From: Thermoanaerobaculia bacterium
Lineage (GTDB): Bacteria; Acidobacteriota; Thermoanaerobaculia; UBA5066
Length of the DNA stretch: 64,000 bases
Direction: 5' to 3'
Assembly (NCBI GenBank): GCA_963816185.1
Contig: CAWFJJ010000025.1
Span: 192,001-256,000, forward strand
Shown one piece after another: positions 18,903 through 29,037 of the stretch. The notes under the pieces are model-generated. The model made no database searches. It saw only the letters and a list, made by a program, of their open reading frames with translations, and was not told the DNA's origin. A program made the translations under genes and the position numbers. Each line of letters starts with the position of its first letter. Positions within the stretch are counted from its first letter, which is position 1.

Positions 18903-19955
18903 ATGGTTTCCAGCATCGCTCACCCACGGAGCTGCGCCTTTTTCCCGATCCTCGTTTGGGCGTCACTCGTCGCGATCAGGAGCGCCCAGGGCGCCGAGGC
19001 CCCTTACACGGTTCACATGCAGCCGTTGCCCGGGGCGACCGCGGCCGGTGTCACCATGGACTACATCGCCTTCGATCCGACGACCGGATTCCTCTGGGCG
19101 CCGGCCGGGAACACCGGGTTGGTGGCCGTCATCGATACGTCGAGCGGGGCCGTGAAGCAGATCTCGGGTTTCCCGACGGCGGAGATGGGGGGCAGCAGGC
19201 ACAAGTTCGTGGTCGGGCCCAGCTCGGTCACCATAGGGGACGGGGTGGTCTACGTCGGCAATCGCGGCGACAGGTCGGTGTGTGCGTTCGACGCGCGGTC
19301 TCTCGCCAAGGGACCGTGCCGTCGGCTCGACTCCATGCCGGACGGGCTCGCCAGCGTCACGGGTCGGAAGGAAGTCTGGGTGACGACGCCGCGCGACAAG
19401 TCAATCCGGGTCCTCGACGGCAAGACGCTCGAGCAGAAGGCCAAGCTCACGTTCGACGGCAACCCCGAGGGGTTCGCTGTCGACGCCAAGCGCGGTCGGT
19501 TCTATACGAACCTGGAGGACAAGGATCTAACGCTCGCGATCGATCTCGCGACACACAAGACCGTCGCGACGTGGAAGCCGGCTTGTGGCGAGGGCGGCCC
19601 GCACGGCCTGCGCGCCGACGCTGACTCGGGACTCCTCTTCGTCGCCTGCGGCGCGCGCGTGGAAGCGCTCGACGCGGCCCACGACGGCGCGGTGCTGTCC
19701 TCGATCGACACGGGCGACGGGGTGGACGACATCGACTACTCGGCGGCGACGCACCTTCTATACGTTGGCGCGGCCAAGGCGGGTCAGCTCACGATCGCGC
19801 GGGTCGACTCTCACGGCAAGCTGACTGCCGAGGCGAAGGTCCCCACTCATATCGGGGCGCGCAACCCGGCCGTGACGAACAAGGGCGAGGTGTACCTCGC
19901 ACATTCGAATCTCGGCGGTCTCACCGACCTCGTCGTCGTCACGCCGCAGAAGTAA
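18903..19955 (+). CDS. Secreted YncE/YVTN-like beta-propeller protein
   Basis: Signal peptide; MDYIAFDP, PDGLA, PEGFAVD and PHGL blade repeats. Start uncertain. Confidence 0.75.
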   Translation: MVSSIAHPRSCAFFPILVWASLVAIRSAQGAEAPYTVHMQPLPGATAAGVTMDYIAFDPTTGFLWAPAGNTGLVAVIDTSSGAVKQISGFPTAEMGGSRHKFVVGPSSVTIGDGVVYVGNRGDRSVCAFDARSLAKGPCRRLDSMPDGLASVTGRKEVWVTTPRDKSIRVLDGKTLEQKAKLTFDGNPEGFAVDAKRGRFYTNLEDKDLTLAIDLATHKTVATWKPACGEGGPHGLRADADSGLLFVACGARVEALDAAHDGAVLSSIDTGDGVDDIDYSAATHLLYVGAAKAGQLTIARVDSHGKLTAEAKVPTHIGARNPAVTNKGEVYLAHSNLGGLTDLVVVTPQK

Positions 19956-19990
19956 GGATTCGACGCGTTCTCCATCGCTCGGAGTCTCGA

Positions 19991-20575
19991 ATGAAGCGTC
20001 AACGCTCTCTTCTCGTTCTTCTCGCCGGCGTGATCCGCCTTCTCGCCGGCTCACCGGCTTTCGGAGACGCCGTCGGCTACAACAAGGTCGTCGACCTCCG
20101 GGCGGAGAGTTCCGTCGTAGTGGCCGAGCACCATCATGACTGGAGCCGCGCGACCCAGGACGCGCGATGGAAGATGATCTCCACGACGAAGGATCCCTTC
20201 ACCGCGGAGAACACCTACGCGTTTCTGCGCCTCGTCGGCAAAGCATCGGGCCGGGAGCTTTTCAGGAAGCCCGTTCCGGCGCTCACCCATCTTTGGATTT
20301 CGCCCGATTCCCGGTACGTGGTCGGCCTGTCGGACATCAAGCTCGACAACCCGTACCAGCTCGTCGTCTTTAGCCGATCCGGACGTCGCGTGTTCGAAAA
20401 GAGCATCAATGCAGCCACTTGGCCGAGCGTCCAGGAGAGTGTCACGAACGCAGTGCTCTGGTACAAGGAACCTACGCCGACGATTCGTCTCGAGGAGATC
20501 CGGGGTGAGGTGACCTTGTGGATCGAGGATCGCCAGGGCACTCCTCGCGAGTTTCGCTTCCGCGCGTCAGACTGA
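19991..20575 (+). CDS. Hypothetical secreted protein
   Basis: Signal-like N-terminus and globular composition (LTHLWISPDSRYVVGLS). Confidence 0.65.
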   Translation: MKRQRSLLVLLAGVIRLLAGSPAFGDAVGYNKVVDLRAESSVVVAEHHHDWSRATQDARWKMISTTKDPFTAENTYAFLRLVGKASGRELFRKPVPALTHLWISPDSRYVVGLSDIKLDNPYQLVVFSRSGRRVFEKSINAATWPSVQESVTNAVLWYKEPTPTIRLEEIRGEVTLWIEDRQGTPREFRFRASD

Positions 20576-20588
20576 CGCGACCCAACCG

Positions 20589-21077
20589 ATGAGCGCCACA
20601 CGGCCCGCGCCTTTTTCCATTCGACAGGCAACGTCACCCGCGGACGTGGAGACGGCGCGCGCTCTCTTCGTCGAATATCAGAAGTCGCTTGGGATTTCGC
20701 TCTGCTTCCAGAGCTTCGACGCGGAGGTCGCGTCTCTGCCGGGCGCGTACGCGGCGCCCGAGGGCCGGCTGCTCCTGGCCTTCGTGGGCGACGAGCCGGC
20801 AGGATGCATCGCGCTCCGAAAGCTGGAGAACGGAATCTGCGAGATGAAGAGGCTCTGGGTGCGCCCCGCGTTCCGCGGCATGCGTCTCGGACGGCGCCTG
20901 GCGGAAGCCGTCCTCTCGGAAGCCCGGACGGCCGGGTACCGGGCCATCCGGCTCGACACGCTGCCCTCGATGCGCGAAGCGCAGGCCCTCTACGTCTCGC
21001 TCGGTTTCGTCGACATTCCGCCCTACAACGACCATCCGATCGAGGGCACGCGCTTCATGGAGGCGCGGCTCGACTAG
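20589..21077 (+). CDS. GNAT family N-acetyltransferase
   Basis: CEMKRLWVRPAFRGMRLGRRL; LDTLPSMREAQALYVSLGF. Confidence 0.9.
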   Translation: MSATRPAPFSIRQATSPADVETARALFVEYQKSLGISLCFQSFDAEVASLPGAYAAPEGRLLLAFVGDEPAGCIALRKLENGICEMKRLWVRPAFRGMRLGRRLAEAVLSEARTAGYRAIRLDTLPSMREAQALYVSLGFVDIPPYNDHPIEGTRFMEARLD

Positions 21078-21091
21078 GCCGTCATGGCGCC

Positions 21092-23836
21092 TCAGGCAGC
21101 CGCGAGCTGCCTCAGGACATACGTCAAGATGCCGCCATGGCGGTAGTAGTCGACTTCGTTCGGCGTGTCGAGGCGCACGGTGACCGTGAACGTCTTCTTC
21201 TTCCCGTCCTCGGAGGTCGCCGTTACCGTGGCCTTCTTGCGGGGCTTGAGGCCCTCGGCGATGCCGGTGACGTCGAACGTCTCGCGGCCGGTGAGGCCGA
21301 GGGTCTTCGCGTCCTCGCCCGCCTCGAACTGCAGCGGGAGCACGCCCATGCCCGCGAGGTTCGCGCGGTGGATGCGCTCGAAGCTCTTCGCGATGACGGC
21401 CTTGATGCCGAGGAGCATCGTGCCTTTCGCGGCCCAGTCGCGTGATGAGCCCGTGCCGTATTCGGCGCCCGCGACGACGACGAGCGGCGTCTTCTCGGCC
21501 TGGTACTTCATGGACGCGTCGTAGATCGACATCTGCTGCCCGCTTCCGAGATGCACGGTCACGTTCCCCTCGGTCCCGGGGACGAGCAGGTTTTTCAGGC
21601 GGATGTTCCCGAACGTGCCCCGCATCATCACTTCGTGGTTCCCGCGCCGGGCCCCGTAGGAGTTGAAGTCCTTCGGATCGACCTTGTGGTCCGTGAGGTA
21701 TTTCGCGGCGGGCGAGGCTTTCGCGATCGAGCCCGCGGGGGAGATGTGGTCCGTCGTGACGGAGTCGCCGAGGACGACGAGAGAGCGCGCGCCGCGGATG
21801 TCCTGGAGCGCGCCTGGCGACTTCGGGATGGCTTCGAAGAACGGGGGCTTCCTCACGTACGTCGACGCCGCGTCCCATCGATACGTCCGGCCCTTGGGCA
21901 CCTCGAGGCCGCGCCAGCGCGCGTCTCCGTCGAAGACCTCGCCGTACGCCTTCTTGAACTGCTCGCTCTTCACGGCTTTTTTCATCGTGGTGCGGACTTC
22001 CTCGGGCGACGGCCAGATGTCGGAAAGGAAGACGGGCTTGCCGTCCTTGCCGGTGCCGAGCGGCTCGCGCGTGAGATCGATGTCCATCTTTCCCGCGAGC
22101 GCGTAAGCGACGACGAGGGGCGGCGACGCGAGGTAGTTCATCTTGACCTGCGGGCTGATGCGCCCTTCGAAGTTCCGGTTTCCCGAGAGCACGGCCGCTG
22201 CGACGATGTCACCCGAACGCACGGCCTCCGAGACGGCTTCCAAAAGCGGGCCCGAGTTTCCGATACACGTCGTGCAGCCGTACCCGACAAGGTTGAAGCC
22301 CAGGGTGTCGAGCGCCGGGGTCAGCCCGGCTTCCTTCAGATACTCCGTGACGACCTTCGACCCGGGCGCGAGCGATGTCTTCACCCACGGCTTCACGTTG
22401 AGGCCCTTCGCGACGGCCTTCTGCGCGAGAAGGCCCGCGCCGATCATGACCGACGGATTCGACGTGTTCGTGCAGGACGTGATCGCCGCGATGACGACGG
22501 CGCCGTGCGGGAGCTCGTACGAGCCCTCGCCATGCTTCACGGGCGCGGTTCGAGAGAGGGCGCCAAGAGATTCTCGCTCGCCGTCGCCCCCTTCCGCGAG
22601 CCACCGTCCAATCACCGCCGGACTGACGTTGGCGCACTCTTTTTCCAAGAACACTTTCAAATTCTCTCGAAAGACTCGCTTCGAATCCTTGAGCGGGATC
22701 CGGTCCTGCGGCCTTCGCGGGCCCGCGAGCGAAGGCTCGACCGTCGCGAGATCGAGCTCGATCGTGCTCGTGAACTCCGGCTCCGGCGTCGCGTCGGTAC
22801 GGAAGAGGCCCTGCTCTTTCGTGTACGCCTCGACGAGGGCCACGAGGTCGGGCGGCCGGCCCGTGAAACGCAGATACGAGAGCGTCTCCTCGTCGACGGG
22901 GAAGAAGCCCATCGTCGCGCCGTATTCGGGCGCCATGTTCGCGATCGTGGCGCGGTCCGTCAGCGCGAGCGCGGAGATGCCGGGGCCGTAGAACTCGACG
23001 AACTTTCCGACGACGCCTTTCTTGCGGAGCATCTGCGTGACGGTGAGGACGAGGTCGGTCGCCGTTGCGCCCGCAGGGAGCCGGCCGTGAAGGCGGAAGC
23101 CGATGACGTCGGGGATGAGCATCGACTGCGGCTGGCCGAGCAGCGCGGCCTCGGCCTCGATGCCGCCTACGCCCCATCCGAGGACGCCGAGCCCGTTGAT
23201 CATCGTGGTGTGGCTGTCCGTCCCGACGAGCGTGTCGGGATACGCGAGGCCGTTCTCGGAGCGGAAGACCACGCTCGCGAGGTACTCGAGATTCACCTGG
23301 TGGCAGATTCCGGTGTCGGGCGGCACGACGCGGAAGTTGCGGAACGCGCCCTGACCCCAGCGGAGGAACGCATAGCGCTCTTCGTTGCGCTGGAACTCCA
23401 GCCCCGCGTTCGTCGCGAACGCGCCGGGGCTCGCGAACTCGTCCACCTGCACGGAATGATCGATGACGAGGTCGGCCGGGGCGAGCGGGTTGATCTTTTC
23501 CGCGTTTCCGCCGAGCGACACGAGCGCTTCGCGCATCGCAGCGAGGTCCACGACTGCGGGCACGCCCGTGAAGTCCTGCAGGAGGACGCGCGCGGGGGTG
23601 AAGGCGATCTCCTTCTCGGACGTGACCTTCGCGTCGCGGTTCGCGAGTGCGAGGACGTCTTCCTTCGTGACCGTGCGCCCGTCCTCGTTGCGGAGCAGGT
23701 TCTCGAGAAGGATCCGGAGAGAGAAGGGGAGGCGCGCGGCGTTCGGCGCCGTCTTCTCGAAGGCTTTCAGGCTGAAGACGTCGTAGGTTTTTCCGCCGGC
23801 TGTGAGGCGGGTTTTGGTCTTGAAACTGTCGCTCAT
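21092..23836 (-). CDS. acnA: Aconitate hydratase A
   Basis: [54 protein letters not shown] 23836 has an SD. Confidence 0.96.
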   Translation of the reverse strand: MSDSFKTKTRLTAGGKTYDVFSLKAFEKTAPNAARLPFSLRILLENLLRNEDGRTVTKEDVLALANRDAKVTSEKEIAFTPARVLLQDFTGVPAVVDLAAMREALVSLGGNAEKINPLAPADLVIDHSVQVDEFASPGAFATNAGLEFQRNEERYAFLRWGQGAFRNFRVVPPDTGICHQVNLEYLASVVFRSENGLAYPDTLVGTDSHTTMINGLGVLGWGVGGIEAEAALLGQPQSMLIPDVIGFRLHGRLPAGATATDLVLTVTQMLRKKGVVGKFVEFYGPGISALALTDRATIANMAPEYGATMGFFPVDEETLSYLRFTGRPPDLVALVEAYTKEQGLFRTDATPEPEFTSTIELDLATVEPSLAGPRRPQDRIPLKDSKRVFRENLKVFLEKECANVSPAVIGRWLAEGGDGERESLGALSRTAPVKHGEGSYELPHGAVVIAAITSCTNTSNPSVMIGAGLLAQKAVAKGLNVKPWVKTSLAPGSKVVTEYLKEAGLTPALDTLGFNLVGYGCTTCIGNSGPLLEAVSEAVRSGDIVAAAVLSGNRNFEGRISPQVKMNYLASPPLVVAYALAGKMDIDLTREPLGTGKDGKPVFLSDIWPSPEEVRTTMKKAVKSEQFKKAYGEVFDGDARWRGLEVPKGRTYRWDAASTYVRKPPFFEAIPKSPGALQDIRGARSLVVLGDSVTTDHISPAGSIAKASPAAKYLTDHKVDPKDFNSYGARRGNHEVMMRGTFGNIRLKNLLVPGTEGNVTVHLGSGQQMSIYDASMKYQAEKTPLVVVAGAEYGTGSSRDWAAKGTMLLGIKAVIAKSFERIHRANLAGMGVLPLQFEAGEDAKTLGLTGRETFDVTGIAEGLKPRKKATVTATSEDGKKKTFTVTVRLDTPNEVDYYRHGGILTYVLRQLAAA

Positions 23837-23977
23837 GAGCCCTCCGAAAGGCAGCCCGCGATTGTAGACGGAAGAAAGAAGGACCCGCGACGGTGCGGAT
23901 GCTTCATGAAACATCCACTGCGCCCGCTGGAGGAGCCGCCGCGGGCGCCGATGAGAGGGTCCTCGGAGAGCGGTGTC

Positions 23978-25150
23978 CTACGCCTTCACGGCCGGCGGGA
24001 GCTCGACCTCCTCGAGGTGTCGGGCGGCCGCCGAGATCGCCGCGCCGCGAACCGACGCCAGGCCGAGCTTGCGCAGGCTGTCCTCGATCGTCGCGAGCAC
24101 GGCCGCCGCCTCGCCGACGCCGATGTTTCCCATGTGGCCGAGGCGAAATGCCTTGCCGGCGATCGGTCCGAGCCCGCCGGCCAGCACCACGCCTCGCGAC
24201 GCCGTCTCCTTTCGGAAGTCGGCGTCCGCCACCCCCTTCGGGAGAAGGACGACCGATAAGGTGTCGGCGCGGCAGGCCGGGTGCGTGAAGAGCTCGAGTC
24301 CCAGGGCCTGAAGACCCGCCCGCATCGCCGAGGCGATACGGTGATGGCGGGCGAAACGGGCCGGAAGCCCTTCTTCATGCACGATTCGCAGGGCTTCGCC
24401 GAGGGCGACGATCTCGTTGACGCAGGGCGTCGAGTAGTAGCGGCCGGGGTCCTCCATGACAGGGAGCCAGCGGTTGATGTCCGCGTAGTAGGCCGGAACC
24501 GAGGTGCGTGACAGACGACGCTCGATCGCGCGCTTGGAGAAGAGACAGAGAGCGAGCCCCGGAGGCGCGCCGATGGCTTTCTGCGGAGCCGTGAGGAGAA
24601 CGTCGATTCCCCAGCGGTCGAACGGCTCGTCGATGCCGCCCGTCGCGCAGACGCCGTCCAGGATGACGAGCTCGTCTCGTCCCCGAAGAAGCCGCACGTA
24701 ATCCTCGACGGGCGACGCGGTGCCCGTGGACGTGTCGACGTGGGTGATCGTCACCGCGGTGTAAGAACCGGCGGCGAGTTTCTTGGCCACCTCCTCGGGT
24801 GGGACGGCCCGGCCCCACTCGGAGCGGAGCACGTCGCACGAGATCCCGAAGGCGCCCGCCAGGTCCGCGTAACGATCTCCGAAGTAGCCGTGAGAGATGA
24901 CGAGAACCCTCTCGCCGGGGGCGACCACGTTGACGAGCGCCATCTCCATCGACAGCGTGCCGCCTCCGGAAACGACGAACGGCTGGCCGGACGCGCTCTG
25001 ACAGAGCCCGCGAAACGCGTCGAGAGCTTCCTGGAACTGTTTGACGAACGTCGGCGCCACATGGGAGACGGTCGGCCGCGCGAGCGCCGCCAGGATCCGG
25101 GGGTGAACGGGCGTCGGGCCCGGAATCATCGTCAGGGTTTCGTCGATCAA
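23978..25150 (-). CDS. Class V PLP aminotransferase (alanine-glyoxylate/serine-pyruvate type)
   Basis: SD GGAGGA then TTG 25150; MIPGPT, HVDTSTG, TAPQKAIGAPPG, FRLGHMG. Confidence 0.9.
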   Translation of the reverse strand: MIDETLTMIPGPTPVHPRILAALARPTVSHVAPTFVKQFQEALDAFRGLCQSASGQPFVVSGGGTLSMEMALVNVVAPGERVLVISHGYFGDRYADLAGAFGISCDVLRSEWGRAVPPEEVAKKLAAGSYTAVTITHVDTSTGTASPVEDYVRLLRGRDELVILDGVCATGGIDEPFDRWGIDVLLTAPQKAIGAPPGLALCLFSKRAIERRLSRTSVPAYYADINRWLPVMEDPGRYYSTPCVNEIVALGEALRIVHEEGLPARFARHHRIASAMRAGLQALGLELFTHPACRADTLSVVLLPKGVADADFRKETASRGVVLAGGLGPIAGKAFRLGHMGNIGVGEAAAVLATIEDSLRKLGLASVRGAAISAAARHLEEVELPPAVKA

Positions 25151-25302
25151 AACATCCTCCTCGCAGCCCGTGAGGGCCTTTCGCCGACGATAGGCGCCCC
25201 GATCGCGGCCGTCATGATTCGAATGGCTCATTATTGCCGGGTCCTGCCCGTGGGGGGCCTCGCCCGCGGCCCGCAACTCATTGCGAACCCAGGACTCCGC
25301 GT

Positions 25303-25995
25303 TCAGCCGTGCGCCGCCAGGAAGGCCCTGACCTCGTCCGCCGAGGCCGACGGGATGCGGTGCCCCCCATCGTAGAGACTGTGCGTGACGCTCCGGAAGC
25401 GCGCCGCGAGGCGCTCGCGGTAGGGCGCGATCTTGTCGAGGGTGTAGATGTCGTCCTCGCGCGTCGAGACGTGGAGGACGTCCGTTTCGCGCGAAGCCGA
25501 GGTGCCGGGGTCGTTCGATTTCCACTCACCGGGAATGCCGCCGCAAATCGCCGCGATTGCGCGAAAGGGAACGCCGTCTGGCGGGCTGAGCGCGAGGCGG
25601 TAATTGAAAGAGCAGGGCTGGCTGAAGCCGAAGAGAAGGACGCGCTCCGGATCGCCGCCGTGTGCGCGAGCCCAACCGATCGCTTCGGCGACACAGGAGC
25701 GGTGGACCGCGCGATTGTCGTCCGCGCGCGTCGAGACGCCCCAGTGAAAGCCGCGCTTCGGAACGGAAGTGTTCGTGCCCTCGAGATAAGCCGACTCGGG
25801 TCCCTCGAGGGAAAGAACGAGAGCTCCTTTCGGAGCGACGCCGAGGAGGACGGGCAGGAGCGAGTCGGCGTCCTGTCCGTAGCCGTGCATGCCGATCAGG
25901 ATCGGGGCGGACCCTTGCCCTTCGATCGTCCCGACCGTGAGAAGGCGCAGAGGGACGCGAACGGAGAGTGTCGTTTCGACTACCTTTGGGTCCAT
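25303..25995 (-). CDS. Alpha/beta hydrolase (phospholipase/carboxylesterase-like)
   Basis: ATG 25995; MHGYGQ, GFSQP, Asp in REDDIY, His in DGGH. Confidence 0.8.
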   Translation of the reverse strand: MDPKVVETTLSVRVPLRLLTVGTIEGQGSAPILIGMHGYGQDADSLLPVLLGVAPKGALVLSLEGPESAYLEGTNTSVPKRGFHWGVSTRADDNRAVHRSCVAEAIGWARAHGGDPERVLLFGFSQPCSFNYRLALSPPDGVPFRAIAAICGGIPGEWKSNDPGTSASRETDVLHVSTREDDIYTLDKIAPYRERLAARFRSVTHSLYDGGHRIPSASADEVRAFLAAHG

Positions 25996-26057
25996 GGCTC
26001 TCCTGGTCGGGAACCTTGAGACGGTTCCTCTCGTAAGTCGAGTGTGAGGATGTTGGC

Positions 26058-27062
26058 ATGAGCGCCGCGATCGAGGTCCGAGGGCTCCGGAAGGATTACC
26101 GCTCAGGTTTGGGCGGCCGCGAGGTGAACGCCCTCTCGGGCATCGACCTCGCGGTTCAGCCGGGGGAGCTGTTCGGCCTCCTCGGACCGAACGGCGCCGG
26201 CAAGACGACGGCCGTGAAGATCCTGCTCGGCCTGACGCACGCCACGGCCGGAAGCGCTTCGCTTCTCGGAAAACCTGTCGCCGATCCGGAAAGTCGCCGC
26301 CGCGTGGGTTACCTTCCCGAGGGCCACCGCTTTCCCGGCTACCTCTCGGCACGCCAGACGCTGTCCATCTTCGGGCGAATGTCGGGCGTTAAGCCGCGCG
26401 ATCTCGCGCCGAGAATCGAGGACCTGCTCTCGCGCCTGAAGCTGTCGGACTGGATCGACGTGAAGGTGAAGAAGTTCTCGAAGGGCATGACGCAGCGCCT
26501 CGGCCTCGCGGCCGCGCTCGTGCACGAGCCCGAGGTTCTGCTGCTCGACGAGCCGACGGACGGCGTCGACCCCGTGGGCCGGCGCGAGATCCGCGATCTC
26601 CTCAAGGCGGAGGCGTCGAAGGGACGCGCGATCCTCCTGAATTCCCACCTCCTCTCCGAGATCGAGCTCACGTGCGACCGCGTCGCGGTCCTGCGCAACG
26701 GCAAGGTCGCGGCGATGGGGACGATCGAGGAATTGACAAAGAGGGGAGAAGGGACCGGGGATTCTTCGAAGGGTTACAGGCTGGTGGCCTCGCCTCTTTC
26801 CGAGGAGCTGCTTTCGGATTTCTTCGAAAGGGGAGCGGGCCCCGAGCGCGTGAATGGGCACGTGCGCGTCCTGGCGCGCGACGCACAGCATCTGAATTCG
26901 CTCATCGACGCCGCCCGCGCGCGCGGCGCGCTGCTGACGGAGCTCACCCCGGAGAAATCCAGCCTCGAGGACGTGTTCGTCGACCTCGTGCGCGCGGGCG
27001 ACGCGGCAAGCGCCGACCCCTCTTCACGTTCTAAGAAATCCGAATACGACCCGGAAAGCTGA
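26058..27062 (+). CDS. ABC-2 type transporter ATP-binding protein
   Basis: GPNGAGKTT, FSKGM, LLLDEPT, NSH. Confidence 0.93.
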   Translation: MSAAIEVRGLRKDYRSGLGGREVNALSGIDLAVQPGELFGLLGPNGAGKTTAVKILLGLTHATAGSASLLGKPVADPESRRRVGYLPEGHRFPGYLSARQTLSIFGRMSGVKPRDLAPRIEDLLSRLKLSDWIDVKVKKFSKGMTQRLGLAAALVHEPEVLLLDEPTDGVDPVGRREIRDLLKAEASKGRAILLNSHLLSEIELTCDRVAVLRNGKVAAMGTIEELTKRGEGTGDSSKGYRLVASPLSEELLSDFFERGAGPERVNGHVRVLARDAQHLNSLIDAARARGALLTELTPEKSSLEDVFVDLVRAGDAASADPSSRSKKSEYDPES

Positions 27063-27073
27063 GACAAGTCGAC

Positions 27074-27928
27074 ATGAGAGCCCTCGCCGCCAACATCGAA
27101 GAGGTCTTCCGCGAAGCCGCGGCGCGCTGGACGCTCGTCGCGTACTTCGCGCTGTCGTCTCTCTTCATCCTGCTCTTCGCGATGGCCGTGAACCTCGACG
27201 TCGTGAACGGAGCGCTCGCCGGCGCGAAGATCTTCGGCCAGAACGTCCACATGGGACGCCAGAGCGTGGATCTCGACAAGCTCGTTCTCGGCTTCGAGTC
27301 GGGCTTCGCGGGCTTCCTCTACGTGGTCGGGACGTTCCTCGCGATCTTCGCGACGGCGCATCTCGTGCCGCGCCTCCAGGAGAAGGGCACGGTCGACCTC
27401 TACCTTTCGCGCCCCGTCGGCCGCGTGCCTCTCCTCCTTTCGCGCTACGTCGGGGGGATGCTGCTTTCGGCCTCGAACGTCGTCTACCTCCTCGGGGCGA
27501 TGTGGCTTCTCGTCATCTGGAAGACGCATCTCGTGCATCCGCGTTTCTTCTTCGCGGCCGGAATCATCCTGTTCGGGATCGCGGCGCTCATGGCGTTCGC
27601 GTTCCTCGTCGGGACACTGACGTCCTCGACGGCCGTCTCGATCATGGCGACGTTCGCGGTGTTCTTCCTCTCCGCGATCCTCGCGAACCACGACCGCATC
27701 GCGGCGGCGCTGTCCGCCGAATGGGCGGCCGCGCTCGTCCAGGGTCTCTACTGGGTCTTCCCGAAGACCGCGCAGCTCGGTGCCGCCGTCGTCGGCCTCG
27801 TCATGGGCGACGAGGGGCCGCGGCGCATGCGCGACGCCCTCACGCTCCAGCCTTTCGTCACGACGGGCCTCTTCGGCGCCGTCTGCCTCGCCCTCGCGTG
27901 CCTGAGATTCCGGAGAAAGGACTTCTGA
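27074..27928 (+). CDS. ABC-2 type permease
   Basis: About 6 TM segments; EKGTVDLYLSRPVGR; C-terminal FRRKDF. Confidence 0.87.
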   Translation: MRALAANIEEVFREAAARWTLVAYFALSSLFILLFAMAVNLDVVNGALAGAKIFGQNVHMGRQSVDLDKLVLGFESGFAGFLYVVGTFLAIFATAHLVPRLQEKGTVDLYLSRPVGRVPLLLSRYVGGMLLSASNVVYLLGAMWLLVIWKTHLVHPRFFFAAGIILFGIAALMAFAFLVGTLTSSTAVSIMATFAVFFLSAILANHDRIAAALSAEWAAALVQGLYWVFPKTAQLGAAVVGLVMGDEGPRRMRDALTLQPFVTTGLFGAVCLALACLRFRRKDF

Positions 27929-27930
27929 CC

Positions 27931-28942
27931 ATGAAGAGACTCGCCGTTCTTCCGACCGCCCTCGCGTTCGCCGCAACTCTCGCGCTCCCTGCCGCCGCCA
28001 AAGGCGGCGACGACGCGCTTTCCCTCGTCCCGGCCGACGCGGCCTCGGTGGGCGTCATTCACGTCGCGGACCTCAGGTCGAGCCCGCTCGCCGCACGCCT
28101 CTTCTCGGACACGGACCACGTCTGCGTCGGCGGCGACGCGCAGCACTTCCTCGACGAGGCGCGCCTCAACCCGAAGGAGGACGTGGACCTCGTCGTGGCA
28201 GCCGGCTCGCCGAAGGGCGCGGGCGGAAGCGACGGCTGGGGCCTCGTGCTGTTCGAAGGCCGATTCGACCCCGCGCGGCTCTCGGCGGCTCTCGTCGAGA
28301 GGGGAGCGACGAAGAAGTCCACGCCCGCGGGCGACTATTTCCTCGTCCCCGACCGCCATGCGGATGCGTCCGGCCACGGTGGCGGCCCGGCGGCGATCGC
28401 CTTCGCGAGCAAGCACCTCGTGATCGCGGGCTCCGAATCGGCGGTCGTCAACGGCGCTCGCGCAGCGAAGCGCCGGAGGCACCGGCTTCGCCTCGGGCGC
28501 CGGCCTCGGCCGTCACCTCTCGCGCATCGACGCGGGCGCTTCGGCCTGGGCTCTCGTGGACGTCTCGCGCATTCCGGCGAAGGAGTCCGCAGCGCGGCAC
28601 ACGGAAGCTCACGCCTCGGGTGACGGCGCCGCGGCCGCGCTCGTGTCATCCATGAAATCCGTCCAGTTCCTCGCGCTCCAGGCCACGGCGAAAGGCGACG
28701 CCCTGAAGATCGCCGCGACCGGCGTCGCGAGCGACGCCGAGACGGCCGGCCTCATGGAGGACGCGCTCCGCGGCGTGCTCGCGGCCTGGCGCCTCGCGGC
28801 GCAGGAGAAATCGCCGGAGACGGTGTCCGTGCTCCGCAAGTTCACGGTCTCGCGCGACAAGGAAACGGTCTCGATCAGCGGGACTCTCCCGGGCGCGACC
28901 GTGCGCGCGCTCGCGGAGAAGAAGCACGCTCACGTCGACTGA
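27931..28942 (+). CDS. Hypothetical secreted protein (one apparent indel near 28454)
   Basis: Starts MKRLAVLPTALAFAATLALPAAA. Removing one base near 28454 gives ALAQRSAGGTGFASGAGLGRHLSRIDAGASAWALVDV, continuous with ORF 28556..28942. Confidence 0.7.
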
Positions 28943-28966
28943 GACCCAACTCCAATTGTCAAATCG

Positions 28967-28996
28967 AGAACGGGCGCTCCGGCGCCCGTTCTTCTT
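28967..28996 (+). terminator. Intrinsic terminator of the ABC operon
   Basis: AGAACGGGCGC-TCCG-GCGCCCGTTCT stem followed by TCTT. Confidence 0.6.
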
Positions 28997-29037
28997 GCGT
29001 TAGGCGCCGCGGGTTGGAGGACACTCCCAAGAGGAAG

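Noticed and set aside
21551-24259. 902-aa plus-strand ORF and many similar long antisense ORFs
   Set aside because: These are antisense shadows of acnA and other genes, with no recognisable motifs and Arg/Gly-biased composition.
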